Origin: Rebecca billardiae RCC1528
Taxonomy: Eukaryota; Protista; Haptophyta
Direction of reading: 5' to 3'
DNA length: 64,000 bases
Assembly: GCA_965240325.2 (NCBI GenBank)
Contig: OZ251236.1
Span: 1,240,001-1,304,000, forward strand
A program made the position numbers and the translations under genes. The notes under the pieces were generated by a model. That model did not search any database. It was not told the DNA's origin and worked only from the letters and a program-made list of their open reading frames with translations. Shown here in pieces: positions 11,361-22,178 of this stretch (position 1 is the stretch's first letter; the number at the start of each line of letters is the position of its first letter).

Positions 11361-12464
11361 ATGCCCCCTTACCAGCACGGCTTTTTCCGCGACCGTCTCA
11401 ACAGCAGGAGCGCCTTGAGCTTCTTCCCCTCTTCCAACAACTTCGAGCGCGGGCTGCAGGTGGAACGGCCGAGCACCCCCACCGCCAGGCGGGATGCGGG
11501 CCAGCAGATGTGCACGACGATGATCAAGCTGAGCGCGCGCTGCCTGAGCGACGTGGCGCCCAACTCGCAAGGCGGGCGACTGCTCTCAGGACTCACCCAG
11601 GACCCCAAAGGCAATAAGCACGTTTTCTCCTTCACCGGCTCGGTGCTCGAGAACATGACCATCTGCCGCCGCCTGGCCACCAGCCTGTGCATGCCGAACA
11701 TTCTCACGGCGTGCACCACGGAGCTCACGCAGGAGATGCTCGCGCTGTCGGCGGCCGACCTCGCAACCCAGGCGAAGGACGTGTCCCTCACGCTCCCGGT
11801 TAGCCCCACGATGACGCTCGTGCAGTTTCACAGGGCCCTCTACGAGCAGATCGTGCCCGACATCAACAAGTACGTGACCAACGGTGAGCACGTCGAGACC
11901 AACATCTACTCCGGCGGTGTGAACCTGATCTTCCTCCGCCTGCGTTTCATGCCCATCGACCCCGAGCACCCCATCTTCTTCGCGCCGCTCAAGCCGAGCC
12001 GCCGCATCGCCGGCGCCGCCCGCGTCCCACACAACCTGTGGGGCGTGCCGCCCGCGCCGCCTGTGCCGCCCGCGCCGCCCGCCGCTGCGCGCCGCCCTGC
12101 TCCTCAGCCGGCCGACCAACAGGCGGCGGACCCCGCCGGCCCGGAGGCGGAGGAGCCCGAGGGGGAGGGTTCGGACGATGCCATCCCGCCACCCCAGCCA
12201 CCAACCGCGGCCGCGCCGTCGGACGGGCCCGAGGTGCAACAGGCCAGGCCGGCGCTCGGGGAGTCCAACTACCGCCTGGTCCTGCCCCCCGGCGCCGCGG
12301 CAGCCGGCAAGCGCGCGGCGACCGAGCCGTCCACGCCGGCGGAGGAGGATGGGCCCTCCTCCGCTGGCGGGAGCGACGCCAAGCCGGCCAAGCAGGCTCG
12401 CACCGCGTCCCTCGGCGACCCCCCCCGTGACCTGGCTGCCGCCGCGCCGCAGTCGCTGGCGTAG
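11361..12464 (+). CDS. Intronless orphan protein (367 aa): globular N-terminal ~220 aa plus Pro/Ala/acidic tail; possibly element- or virus-derived
   Basis: ATG in GCCACCATG context, normal amino-acid composition in the N-terminal part, C-ending codon bias. No recognisable family motif. Confidence 0.55.
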   Translation: MPPYQHGFFRDRLNSRSALSFFPSSNNFERGLQVERPSTPTARRDAGQQMCTTMIKLSARCLSDVAPNSQGGRLLSGLTQDPKGNKHVFSFTGSVLENMTICRRLATSLCMPNILTACTTELTQEMLALSAADLATQAKDVSLTLPVSPTMTLVQFHRALYEQIVPDINKYVTNGEHVETNIYSGGVNLIFLRLRFMPIDPEHPIFFAPLKPSRRIAGAARVPHNLWGVPPAPPVPPAPPAAARRPAPQPADQQAADPAGPEAEEPEGEGSDDAIPPPQPPTAAAPSDGPEVQQARPALGESNYRLVLPPGAAAAGKRAATEPSTPAEEDGPSSAGGSDAKPAKQARTASLGDPPRDLAAAAPQSLA

Positions 12465-12517
12465 AGCCGCGCGCGGCGCTGGCGCGCCAGACGCGCCCGG
12501 TTGGGCAGCGCAGGCAC

Positions 12518-12652
12518 CCTCAGCGGCCAGGACGACGACTTCCTCAACGGCAAGGGCGACGACTTCCTCTGCGGCCAGGGCGACGACTTCCTCAACGGCA
12601 AGGACGACGACTTCCTCAACGGCAAGGGCGACTACTCCCTCAACTCGGCAAG
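12518..12652 (+). repeat. 24-bp tandem repeat, ~5.5 copies (G[A/G]CGACGACTTCCTCAACGGCAAG)
   Basis: Units start at 12531, 12555, 12579, 12603 and 12627; translates as (G/D)DDFLNGK. Confidence 0.92.
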
Positions 12653-14096
12653 GCCACTAGGCCGCGCACACCGGCCCGGGCGACCACATCCACTACCTGC
12701 ACTACGGCATCAACTTGAACAGCCTCGGACGACGACGACACGGGCAACTACATGATGACCAAGGCCGACGACGACTGCAAAACAGCGGCATCCCCGGGCG
12801 CCTACTACCTCAGTGACCGTGTGATCAGCATCGGTTACGACGACTCCCTCACCCGCGGCCAACGCGCTCCGACATCCTCCATTAACTCCATTCAGTACTT
12901 CGACAGACGAATCAGGAGAGCTGCGCCCTCGTGCCTGTGTCTTTAAATCATAGAATTGGTCCGGTCGCTCGCTCCGGCGCTCCGCTTTCTGAGAGCTCAC
13001 TTGGCCCACCGTCCTGACTTTCAACTTGGCTTGGTGCCTCCGCCGTACAGTAGTCCGGTTTCGGTTCGGTGGTTCGCGGGCTCGCGGCCCAAACGAATCA
13101 TCAACAGGATGGCGTCTCGCGTCAATCACGAGTAACGACCGGCTCGGGCGGTCTGGCGGCTCGGCAGTGGGAACCGGAAACGTGAGCGGTGAGGCGTTAT
13201 AGTTTTGGGTCCCCTTGCGGTGAGCGGCCAACACGCCCGCTCTTGTCCGTGCAGGGTTCGTCCTGTGCATCCGCAATCCCAACATGCGAGCAGGGTTCAC
13301 GCTTCAGGTGGTGAAAACGTTATTGCAAGGTCCATGCCATGGCCACAAGTATGCGATGGACCATCAAGCATGTCAGCCTCGGGAGATGGCCCTGTCGGCT
13401 CTACTACCGACTGTCGGATACTCTCTGCACTCGGCGCGCCACGTGTGGAGCACGCGCCGGCAACATTGGGCATGGATGATGGAAGGTCCCGCCCACCTCA
13501 AAGGCCGGCGGGGCTGGTCGCCAACGCTGAATCACGCACTCACTCGCGCGCCGTAGGTCTGCACGCCAGCGCGACACACGCTCGCTAGTAAACCGTTGGA
13601 GGCGTGGGCGCTGAGTCACAGCCCACATCTACGCACTGGTGTATGGCCGTGCGGCCAGGTGAGCAAGCGCCCAGGTGAGCGCACGAACAGGACCGTGGAC
13701 TTGGAACCCGTATACATCCGAACCGTTGGTACGGTTCGTGAACTTCTTGGTACGGGTATTCCCGTGGGTAGAGGTAGCGCAAACTTGGACCCTGCGGACC
13801 ACATCAACCGCGGTGCTCGGACCTCCCTGATGAGCCCTCTTTTTGACTTTTGCAGCTGCTCCTGCCGGTAGCGAGTAGGCGAGCGCGCGATGCCGACCTC
13901 CTCCTCATCAGGGCTCATCCCAGGCCCAGCGCCCATGCGAGCTGGGGCGACCGATCAGGCGGCCGAGACTTTGAAAGGCTATATATACTACCGTAACTAC
14001 CGCACAACGATGATCGTTGCATGTGCGGTAGTAGTTACGGCATGCGTAGTGACTTCACTTCAGATCACAGATGTCATCATCTCATCATCATCATGA

Positions 14097-14135
14097 TGTG
14101 TGTGTGTGTGTATGTGTGTGTGTGTGTGTGTGTGT
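14097..14135. repeat. (TG)n microsatellite
   Basis: Direct reading; interrupted by TA. Confidence 0.95.
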
Positions 14136-14771
14136 ATGTCATATGGTCACTCAGCATTGCCCGATTCGCACGCAATATATTCATACACGCGGCGGGCTGC
14201 TAGACGCTGCCGCCCGCCGCTATCAGCTATAACTCACTGCGCAGTAGTGACTCGTTACGATACTACCGTAGTATCTACATGACGAGCCGACATAGTCTAG
14301 ATCGTCAATCAGTAATCATCATCACCGCTCGGCACGCGATGCATCTTATAATGTCAGCAGTCGGACAGTCGCGCCGGTCACGCGCTATTATTATGCTAAG
14401 CAGGCGACGGAATCGGGCAAATGATCATGGGCGGCACTGTCGGACTTGGTCTGTCGATCGATCCAGACGATCGACTGCCGCGGATGTTGGACTACTGTAC
14501 ACCTCAGTCATGCCTCAGTGCCGGCCAGCTGAACTGCTGCATTGTAGCTTTCACAATAATAATCACATTATTATAATAATAACTAACCTTAATTATGAAA
14601 ATGTCCATGATGATACGGCCAGCAGTATGCCGGCTGGACTACATACCTATTCTTTACTATATATTATTTGGCCTTTTGACCATTGCACACGACGGCTACT
14701 TCGAGTCCGAGACGACGCGGCTGACGATGCGTGGCACCGCGATCACCACGCTGGCGCGCACGTGTCCTCGC

Positions 14772-15010
14772 CACACGCCGTCACGCGGTGCGTCGCCGGG
14801 CTAATTACCTCTCGTCGGACGATCACGATGTCGATGGAGTGAACATCACTGCGGTGGCGCACACGCGTCATCGCCAGACGCGGTGCGTCGGGCTAATTGA
14901 GTACTTTCCGCTGGCGCCGTCGTCGGACGATCACTCACGTTGAGTCACGATCAATGATTCAATGTAAATCCATCACGATGTCGATGACGATGGAGTGAAC
15001 ACTGAACTGC
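14772..15010. repeat. Degenerate tandem duplication (2 copies)
   Basis: Blocks CGCGGTGCGTC, GGGCTAATT, CGTCGGACGATCAC, GATGTCGAT, GGAGTGAACA, ACTGCG occur twice in the same order; the second copy is expanded by small insertions. Confidence 0.8.
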
Positions 15011-15978
15011 GAAGTCGAGTGTCGGAGTGAGCGCTGACAATTGACATAAGTCCGCTGCGTCCTGCCAGTCCTGCTGTTCTTTGGCCGCTCCCGTGGTGCT
15101 AAGACTAAGAGTACCAAGACTGTCCAAGTGCGGTAGTTGCGACTTGAATAGCCTAGTCAGAACCGTCTACTCGGTCTAGATAGCTTACGTTGCTGTACTG
15201 AACGTACTACGTAGAGAGCTGCCGCTTGCCCTCGCGGGCTCGCCGGGAGTCAAGGCACGGAGACTACGGGAGAGCTCTTACAGTACTAGCTAGTACTAAC
15301 GTACCGTCGTGACACGACTTCTAGTTCTAGCAGTACTCTAAGTTGCTAGAGTTGGACCGGCTGAGAGTGAGTCTGTCTGTGAGAGCAGAGAGACTGTGAC
15401 GTGAGAGCTCTCGGACACGGGACAGAGTGACAGACGCGGTCGTAGACAGCAGATAGCTCTAGAGACTAGAGAGAATGATAATAGTTTCTAGTGTTCTGCA
15501 ACGTCGCTCGACTAGCTCATAATTCAGCTCAGCCTCAGCAGTTCGGCTGCGCTCTGACATAGACTCACAGTCCCACCCCAACGCCCTGAGTCACGGGCCT
15601 GAGTGCGCTGACGCCCTGGGTTCCCGTCCCCTCCATCTGCCGTCTGCGCGCCACCCGGCGCACGGTGACGTGCCTGCCCCTGGGATCCGGCCGCTGAGCC
15701 CGCCAGTGCTGCGGCCATCTGGCTCTGCCAGCCCCCCAGCCCGCTCACTGCGCGGCGCGCCTCCGACCAGGAGCTGCGCCGTGCATGATGCAAACATGTT
15801 GCCGCGCAGCGATGATGTCATCGGGCCGCACGATTGCGTGTACGTCTCGATGGTTATGAACGGTGGCGTACGGGCGCTCGGCAGCGCGTGCTGTCGACGC
15901 TGCGGTGCCACTGGTTGCCCTCGACACGGAGGCGAGCCTGGTGCCCTGTCGGCGGTAGTGCCCGTCGTCGGTGCCCCC

Positions 15979-16499
15979 TCACTGGCATGTGCGGCCGAAG
16001 AGATATGGCAGGAGGTAGTTGCACATGAAGTTGTTCTTGAGGTCGAGCAGGAACTCCGCGAGAGGGACGACGAACTTGCGCACAATGCGCACGGTCTGCG
16101 CGACAGCGGCGGACGACGCACGCGATCGGTCGCAGCACGCGCAGATGAGTGAGCAAAATCACGCGCTTGCACGGCGCGGTGACGTGGTGAGCCCAGCGCC
16201 ATGCAATGTCACAGACATGCTGACCGCCACACTGGCGATGTGCGATGGGTTGGATGCTGCGGAATGCACGCGGGCGCACGCACCATCACTGAGCAAAGGA
16301 ACGGCCGCAGGTTGCAGAGCGGTGGCGGCGCGGATGGCGGCGCGTTTGGTGTCGGTGGCGACGGCGGCGGGCTTGGCGGTGGCGAGGGTGGCGGAGGCGG
16401 GGGCGGCGAAATCGGAGTCGCGTCTGCCACCGGCAGGTCCGCAAACAAGACTGCGATGACACTGCAGATCACCACGCCGACTGACACGGGCCCACGCAT
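15979..16499 (-). CDS. Small secreted Pro-rich protein with 4-Cys C-terminal domain (110 aa; intron 16096-16283)
   Basis: Signal peptide MRGPVSVGVVICSVIAVLFADLPVADA and SPPP repeats. A phase-0 GTGCGT...CGCAG intron joins LCNLRPFLCSVM to TVRIVRKFVVPLAEFLLDLKNNFMCNYLLPYLFGRTCQ*. Confidence 0.7.
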
Positions 16500-17124
16500 C
16501 TTGACCGCAGCCACACGAGTGCGTGCAAGCCCTGCGCCCCTTGCCACCCAAGTGCGATTGTCGAGCAGCGCTGCGCCGGATCGAATAGCACGTGTGCGTG
16601 CGCGCTGCGCCTAGCGGCGCCACGGCGCCCATGAACCGGATACTAGTGGCGGTATGATTTCGTCGTCGGCGGCGGCTCGAAACATGCATGGGCGTGATGC
16701 ACTTGTTGAAGCCTGACTTTGGCTGCAGGGAAAGCGGCGCGAGTCTATTAGTGAATGGAGGCTCCAATACAACTTTGCACCCCCCCTCCAGACCTCGCCA
16801 CTCGATTTCATATAGGACGTCGCGGCGCATGCACTTTTGTTTTTGACGGCTCGACTGCGTTGGGGGCGCGCGGCGCCCGCGCTGCGTTTGCGCCGCCGGG
16901 TGCCAAGAATACCTAGTACGGCGGGGCAAACCCGGGTACGTTTATCGTATACATAATACATTTGATCATTTATTAAGTATTCGATCGAAGCGGTTTCCCT
17001 CTAATCTAAAGTACGCGTGGTAAACGAACACACGCGACGCCAGCCCGGCCTTGGAATCATATCGTCTAAAGTTCTGGCGCGGTCCTTCCCCCGCGTCCCA
17101 GCCCCCTACATCAAGGCTCCCTGG

Positions 17125-17176
17125 TATTGAAAAATACCCGCAGCTATTCGTTACCAGCCCATTTCATAGTCACTGA
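17125..17176 (+). mobile_element. Putative transposon terminus (copy A of inverted pair)
   Basis: TATTGAAAAATACCCGCAGCTATTCGTTACCAGCCCATTTCATAGTCACTGA matches the reverse complement of 22126-22178 with 2 substitutions and 2 small indels. Confidence 0.55.
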
Positions 17177-18959
17177 GCTCATGACGGATGACCGTCCATG
17201 CAAGGGGTCCATGGACGGTCACCGGATGAGAGCCCGCTGAGCCGGACGGGCTCACGGGCTTTCTGGGACGGGTGGCGCTTAAATAATGTACTGGCCAGCC
17301 CGCCCATTACCATATATTAAGCGCCGTGCGGAGTACTGCGATGAAGGATGGCGGACACAGGGACCGTCCGGGCCTCGGACCCTAGCTGTGTGCGTCTCTT
17401 GTTCTTAGTATGGGGGTAAACTGTACTGCTCGTGAGGACTTCCTGACCGCACCGTTGGCGACGCTCGGCCGAGAAACACAGTCCTGGAAGGATGGCGCTG
17501 AGACTTGAGCGCATGGGCGGGCGCGCGCCACTGATCTAACACCGGCGCGGACATCGCACGAGGACTCCCGAGGGGTGCTTTCGCCCATTAGTTCCGCCAT
17601 TGCTCCCCTCGTCGCGATCCCGCATGCAGGTCGAACCGAAGAGACTTGCCGGTCACGCATTGCTCCTCTGTGACTGATGAGGTGCACTTGACGCGTCAGT
17701 CAGCCGCCACGGGGCGAGTGCGACCTGCCACCTGGGGCGGTCCACGCCAGACTAGTGCAGCGTGCGAGCGCTCGCTCGCACCTGCCATGGCATCAATCAC
17801 GCACTGCGCACAACAGCCACCTCGCTCTATCCACCGCCACGCACGGGGCTGGCTCAGTCGGCGGACACGCGGTCGGTGACGGGCCCTCGTAATCACCGCG
17901 GAGGCGGTCCGAGGTGTATAACTAATTATTGTAGTAATAACTAACTATTTATTAACGAATAATTTCTGTAATATATTTTATATATATATAAGACTTTACT
18001 ACGACAGCGCATTGTAGCTGACTAGCAGTATCTAGACCTCGGTCCGCGCTCACGGGCGCGGGTGAGCGCCGCAGACGGTATGAGCGCCATATACTCGCAC
18101 GCGCCGAGCCGCGCGGCGGCGAGGCGCCATGAATATGATGTGTCATCAATCATCATGTCACTGATGTCATGTGAAAAATGATCGCGCTGCGCACGCGCCA
18201 CTCGTCCGAGACCAAGCGTCTTACTTATTCGCGTCACGAGCAGCCGGGCCAATGAACAAAAGAATTGCGACCTAGGTTAGGTTACGACCCCCGGAGGCCG
18301 TCGCCGTTGGCACGGCGGCCCGCACGGAACCGTCAACCGATGGCGATGGCATTCGTTCGGAGGCCCGTCCGGGCCGCCGGCCTGCTGCCCGCCGTGGGCC
18401 GGCCGGGACCCTCAGTCCGCTCAGAGTGCCCGAGGGGCCGACACTCCGGACAGGCCTCAGTTAATCAGAATGAAGGTCCCAAATAAACGTGATGATGACT
18501 CAGCTGCTTATACTGCGCATAGCACATATCGATCGATCGGTCGATATATATATAGGCCGATCACATTCGTCACGGGCTGCAGCACTTTGAAAAGTATGCC
18601 AGACTCTAGTCCGACGCGTCGGCACGTCTGCGCCGTGTGCCAGCCGAGCCCAAGTGGCCGTCTTTGATGCCATGATGGGGCCCATTGGCACCAAGTTCGC
18701 GCAACGCCGCGGCGGCTGGTCTCCGTTCTGCAATCAGCCAGTGCCGCCGCCCTGGCGATGCAGTGCCGCGCGTGACGCGTGTTCCCCTAACAGAGGGTGT
18801 CGTGCGGGTCGGTCCGCACGTTCGGTCTGTTGGTGCGTGACATGAGAGTGAACTTGTGATCAGCCGCCTGACGGCGACGTCAGCGAGCGCGCCAGGGCCG
18901 CACACTCGCCATATTGGCGGTAGGGAACGCCAATGCGCGTCGCATCGATCGTCACAATG

Positions 18960-19520
18960 TCACAATAGCCTCACCACCTTTGATGCTGCTATTCCTGCAG
19001 GGCCAGCAACACCCGAGCCAAGTGTTGCCCCGACGATGGACTTGATTGCGCCGAATCCAGGGATGGAGAACCCACCGCCACCCTTTTCGGCGCCACCTGA
19101 CGACCCGCAGCACATCCCGCAGCAGAGGCAGTTCACCACTTCACGCACGGCGATCAGCAGCGCAACCACGCAACTGAGCGCCCACCAGCAGATTGGTGGA
19201 TTGGGCGCGCAGTCACCTGTTGTGATCTCTGTGAAGGTAGATGTCGAGTTGTGGAGTTGGCACTGAAGCAGTGGGACGAAGGGACACTGGCACTCACTGT
19301 CACGCACGGCGAGTCGGCCACCCATCCGTTCCAGGTTGCGGCAGATGATAGCCGTAGGTCGCAAACCTCGTGATTCGCAGGTCTCTGCACCGATTGCCTG
19401 CTCACATGGGGTCTTGCACGTCCTCTCACCCGCGTGCGCCTGCCATTGCAGATCGGCCTGCATGCGCATCACCACGTATGAGACGACGACGAAGCCCAGG
19501 CACAAGACGAGTAAGCGCAT
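18960..19520 (-). CDS. Hypothetical Cys-rich membrane protein (186 aa)
   Basis: N-terminal hydrophobic segment, Cys-rich luminal region, second TM (WWALSCVVALLIAV), CLCCGMCC cluster and glycine-zipper-like tail; head-to-head with TSR2. Confidence 0.6.
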   Translation of the reverse strand: MRLLVLCLGFVVVSYVVMRMQADLQWQAHAGERTCKTPCEQAIGAETCESRGLRPTAIICRNLERMGGRLAVRDSECQCPFVPLLQCQLHNSTSTFTEITTGDCAPNPPICWWALSCVVALLIAVREVVNCLCCGMCCGSSGGAEKGGGGFSIPGFGAIKSIVGATLGSGVAGPAGIAASKVVRLL

Positions 19521-19820
19521 GGCGCAGAAACGCGGCGGCCTTCGAGCACCGCGACGTCAAGCAGCTTGCCCCGCCCCCGAAGGTCGCCACCGGTCTTTTC
19601 CCCGGCGAGATCTCAGCGCAACAGCTGTCCGTGTGACCGTGTCCTGTGCGGTCGCCCGGTGCAGCGGTGCTGCCGTGCTGGTACCCGTCCGGACGCACGC
19701 TGCTGCACGCGACGAGTTTAGACTCGCGACCATCGTCGCGCGTCACTTTGCTGCGGTGAGTGCAAGGCGACGGACGACGCGTGCGCGAGCGCCGGCAGCG
19801 CGCGTCGCACGGCTACAACC

Positions 19821-20456
19821 ATGGCAGCCTCCAGTATCCCGCTCCAGGGGGAAGCCGCAGATCAACTCGCGCAGCACGTGGCAGCCGCCGTGCGCATCGT
19901 CTTCGATCGTTGGACAGCACTACAGCTTGCCGTAGATCACCAGTGGGGTGGGGCGGAGTCCCCGGCCAAGGTGGCTGCTTTTGCAGACTCCGCATGCCGG
20001 CTGGTGTTCTCAACGCAACGCGTGTACTTCGACCAGTTTGCCGATCTGCTGGACTCGACGCTCCTCGACGAATTTGCCACGCAAGCGGAGGACGATTCAG
20101 TCGAGGAGGTGGCCGAGCGACTGCAGAACATACACGACGAATGGCGTGTTGGCCATGCGCCCACAGCGCTCGCCATGCTTGCATCAGCGCAGCAGCAGCC
20201 GGCCCAGCGCGAGACGACTCTTGCGATGTGCAAGGCTGGCGCAGGAATAGGGGATGAAGACGACGATCTCGTGGACGACAACGGCGATCAGCACAGCCTG
20301 CCTGGTGGCGAGGCGCAAGGGCTCGCACTCCACGCACAGAGCTCACCAACTGCGATGGATGCGGATGCGCAAACTGCAGAGCAACCCCCTCCGCGGCCGG
20401 AGCCAGTGATTGATGATGACGGGTTTGAACTCGTGCCAGCGCGGCGGCGGCGCTGA
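19821..20456 (+). CDS. TSR2: Pre-rRNA-processing protein TSR2 (WGG domain)
   Basis: RWTALQLAVDHQWGG, EDDSVEEVA, and C-terminal DDDGFELV..RRRR. Confidence 0.9.
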   Translation: MAASSIPLQGEAADQLAQHVAAAVRIVFDRWTALQLAVDHQWGGAESPAKVAAFADSACRLVFSTQRVYFDQFADLLDSTLLDEFATQAEDDSVEEVAERLQNIHDEWRVGHAPTALAMLASAQQQPAQRETTLAMCKAGAGIGDEDDDLVDDNGDQHSLPGGEAQGLALHAQSSPTAMDADAQTAEQPPPRPEPVIDDDGFELVPARRRR

Positions 20457-20899
20457 GTCAGAGACTCAGTCAGGGACGTGCTTCCCAGGGCCAGGCTACC
20501 GTTGTTGGCCGCGTCCGAGAATCTTCAGACAGGCAGACTACGACGCCGATCGAATCACTGAGGCCTGAGGCTGAGGGGGGTTACAATAAGTAGTGAATAA
20601 CATCCAATCGGACCCGAATCCGGGCGGCATTAACGTAAACGGGCGGGCTTAGCCGTAACTCGTAAGTCGCCTGTCATCGGTTGACTGTTTTAAAAATCAT
20701 ATTCGCTATATATAGAGAGAGACGAGAGAGAGACGAGAGAGAATTATTAGTATAGCACTCGGGCTCGCGGCTCACGAGTCACGGCTGCCGCCGTGCGGCG
20801 GCCGCCCGTCTCGGACTGCCCCGGAGTCCGGACCGTGCGTCGCGGTGCGAGTCAGCCGAGTGCGGGCTGGGCCTTTAAAATGCATATAAGTGCCCGATA

Positions 20900-20903
<4 letters not shown>

Positions 20904-20937
<34 letters not shown>
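20904..20937. repeat. (AT)n microsatellite
   Basis: Direct reading. Confidence 0.95.
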
Positions 20938-20939
<2 letters not shown>

Positions 20940-21156
20940 CCGCGTTCCGCGGTCCTTTTCCGTAGAACGAACGTAGTTCGGGGCCCGCGGTGGCGGTGCA
21001 CCCTCCGTCGCAGTCGTCCCGTACACGTGTAACTAGACTCCATCCAGCGCCGCGCCGCCCAGCGCCGCGCCGCCGCCGGCGTGCGCCGAGTGTGGATGTC
21101 GGTCGTCGGCCGAGCTGCCCTCATCACAGACGGCCCTTACCTGACCCCCTGCGCGT

Positions 21157-21666
21157 GCGCGACGGCCGACAGGCGGATGCGACTCGGCGTGATCGACGCA
21201 CGAGCGCGACTCTTGCACGCCAGGCCACCGGCGGAGCTGACTGACTGACAGCCAGGGAGCCGGACGGCGCGGGACCGCGCGGATTCGACCGTTCGTTCGG
21301 GCCTGCCGCTGACCGTCGTCGCCGCGACGCCAGCAGCGCAGGAGTAGATGATCTGCAGGTCAGTAGGGTTCGACCTGCGCGCCTGAGCGACGGCCGACAG
21401 GCGGGCGCGAGGCGTGAGCGACGCATGAGCGCGACTCTACGTGCACACCAGGCACCACGCGGCCGAGCTGACTGACCGCGAGCCAGGGAGCACGGTGCGA
21501 GCAGCCATGCAGCACCGGTGCTTGCGCGCGCCGCGCGTGCACGGGGTGACACACCTCGGTCAGGCTCGGCACGCGTCGCAGAGGCACGGCCAGCTCTGGG
21601 CACGCCAGGCGCCCAGGCCACGCGGAGCTGACAGCCACGGGGAGCCGACGGCGCGCGGGGCCGCGG
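21157..21666. repeat. Degenerate ~230-bp-period repeat (2 copies plus a partial third)
   Basis: GCGACGGCCGACAGGCGG...GAGCGCGACTCT...CCAGGC...GAGCTGAC...AGCCAGGGAGC at ~21159 and ~21388; partial copy at ~21600. Confidence 0.75.
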
Positions 21667-22125
21667 CCAGTTCCGAGTTCGACTTGCGCCTGCTCTGAAG
21701 AAGAGTTCTGGGAGACCCTGGTGGAGAGGCATGGCAAGGGGGGCGTGTGGTGAAGTCGGAGACTCAGAGATCGATCAGTCCGGCATCATGCGCCGCTGCC
21801 CCCGAGCTTGCGAGAGCCCGAACACAGGGCGGCGGCTGCGGCGGCGGCGGCGCGGCCGCGCGGCCGGCCGCGCAGGCATCGACAGGGCGCGGCAGGGGCG
21901 TGCGGAGTGACTAGTGAGCGGGCACGAACGCGATGTCGACGGCCGTCGGGACCCGCCGCAGACGCGCGCTCCAGGCGCCACTCGGCACTCGCCACGCGCA
22001 CCTGCCCATCGAGCGCCCCCTTGCGGACCAACCAAGAGTCGTCGCGGCTCGCTCGCCACCCCCGAAGAAACCTGCACACGTCGTCCTTGCGACGGCGGAG
22101 GTTTTGAGCTCGCCAGCTCGGTAAG

Positions 22126-22178
22126 TCAGTGACTATGGAATGGGCTGGCAACGAATAGCTGCGCGGGTATTTTCAATA
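22126..22178 (-). mobile_element. Putative transposon terminus (copy B of inverted pair), followed by AT-rich subterminal DNA to ~22390
   Basis: Inverted match to 17125-17176; the subterminal segment 22289-22324 matches 25761-25796 in inverted orientation. Confidence 0.55.

Noticed and set aside
12518-12652. Possible CRISPR-like array
   Set aside because: Contiguous 24-bp tandem units with no unique spacers, no cas genes and a eukaryotic context.
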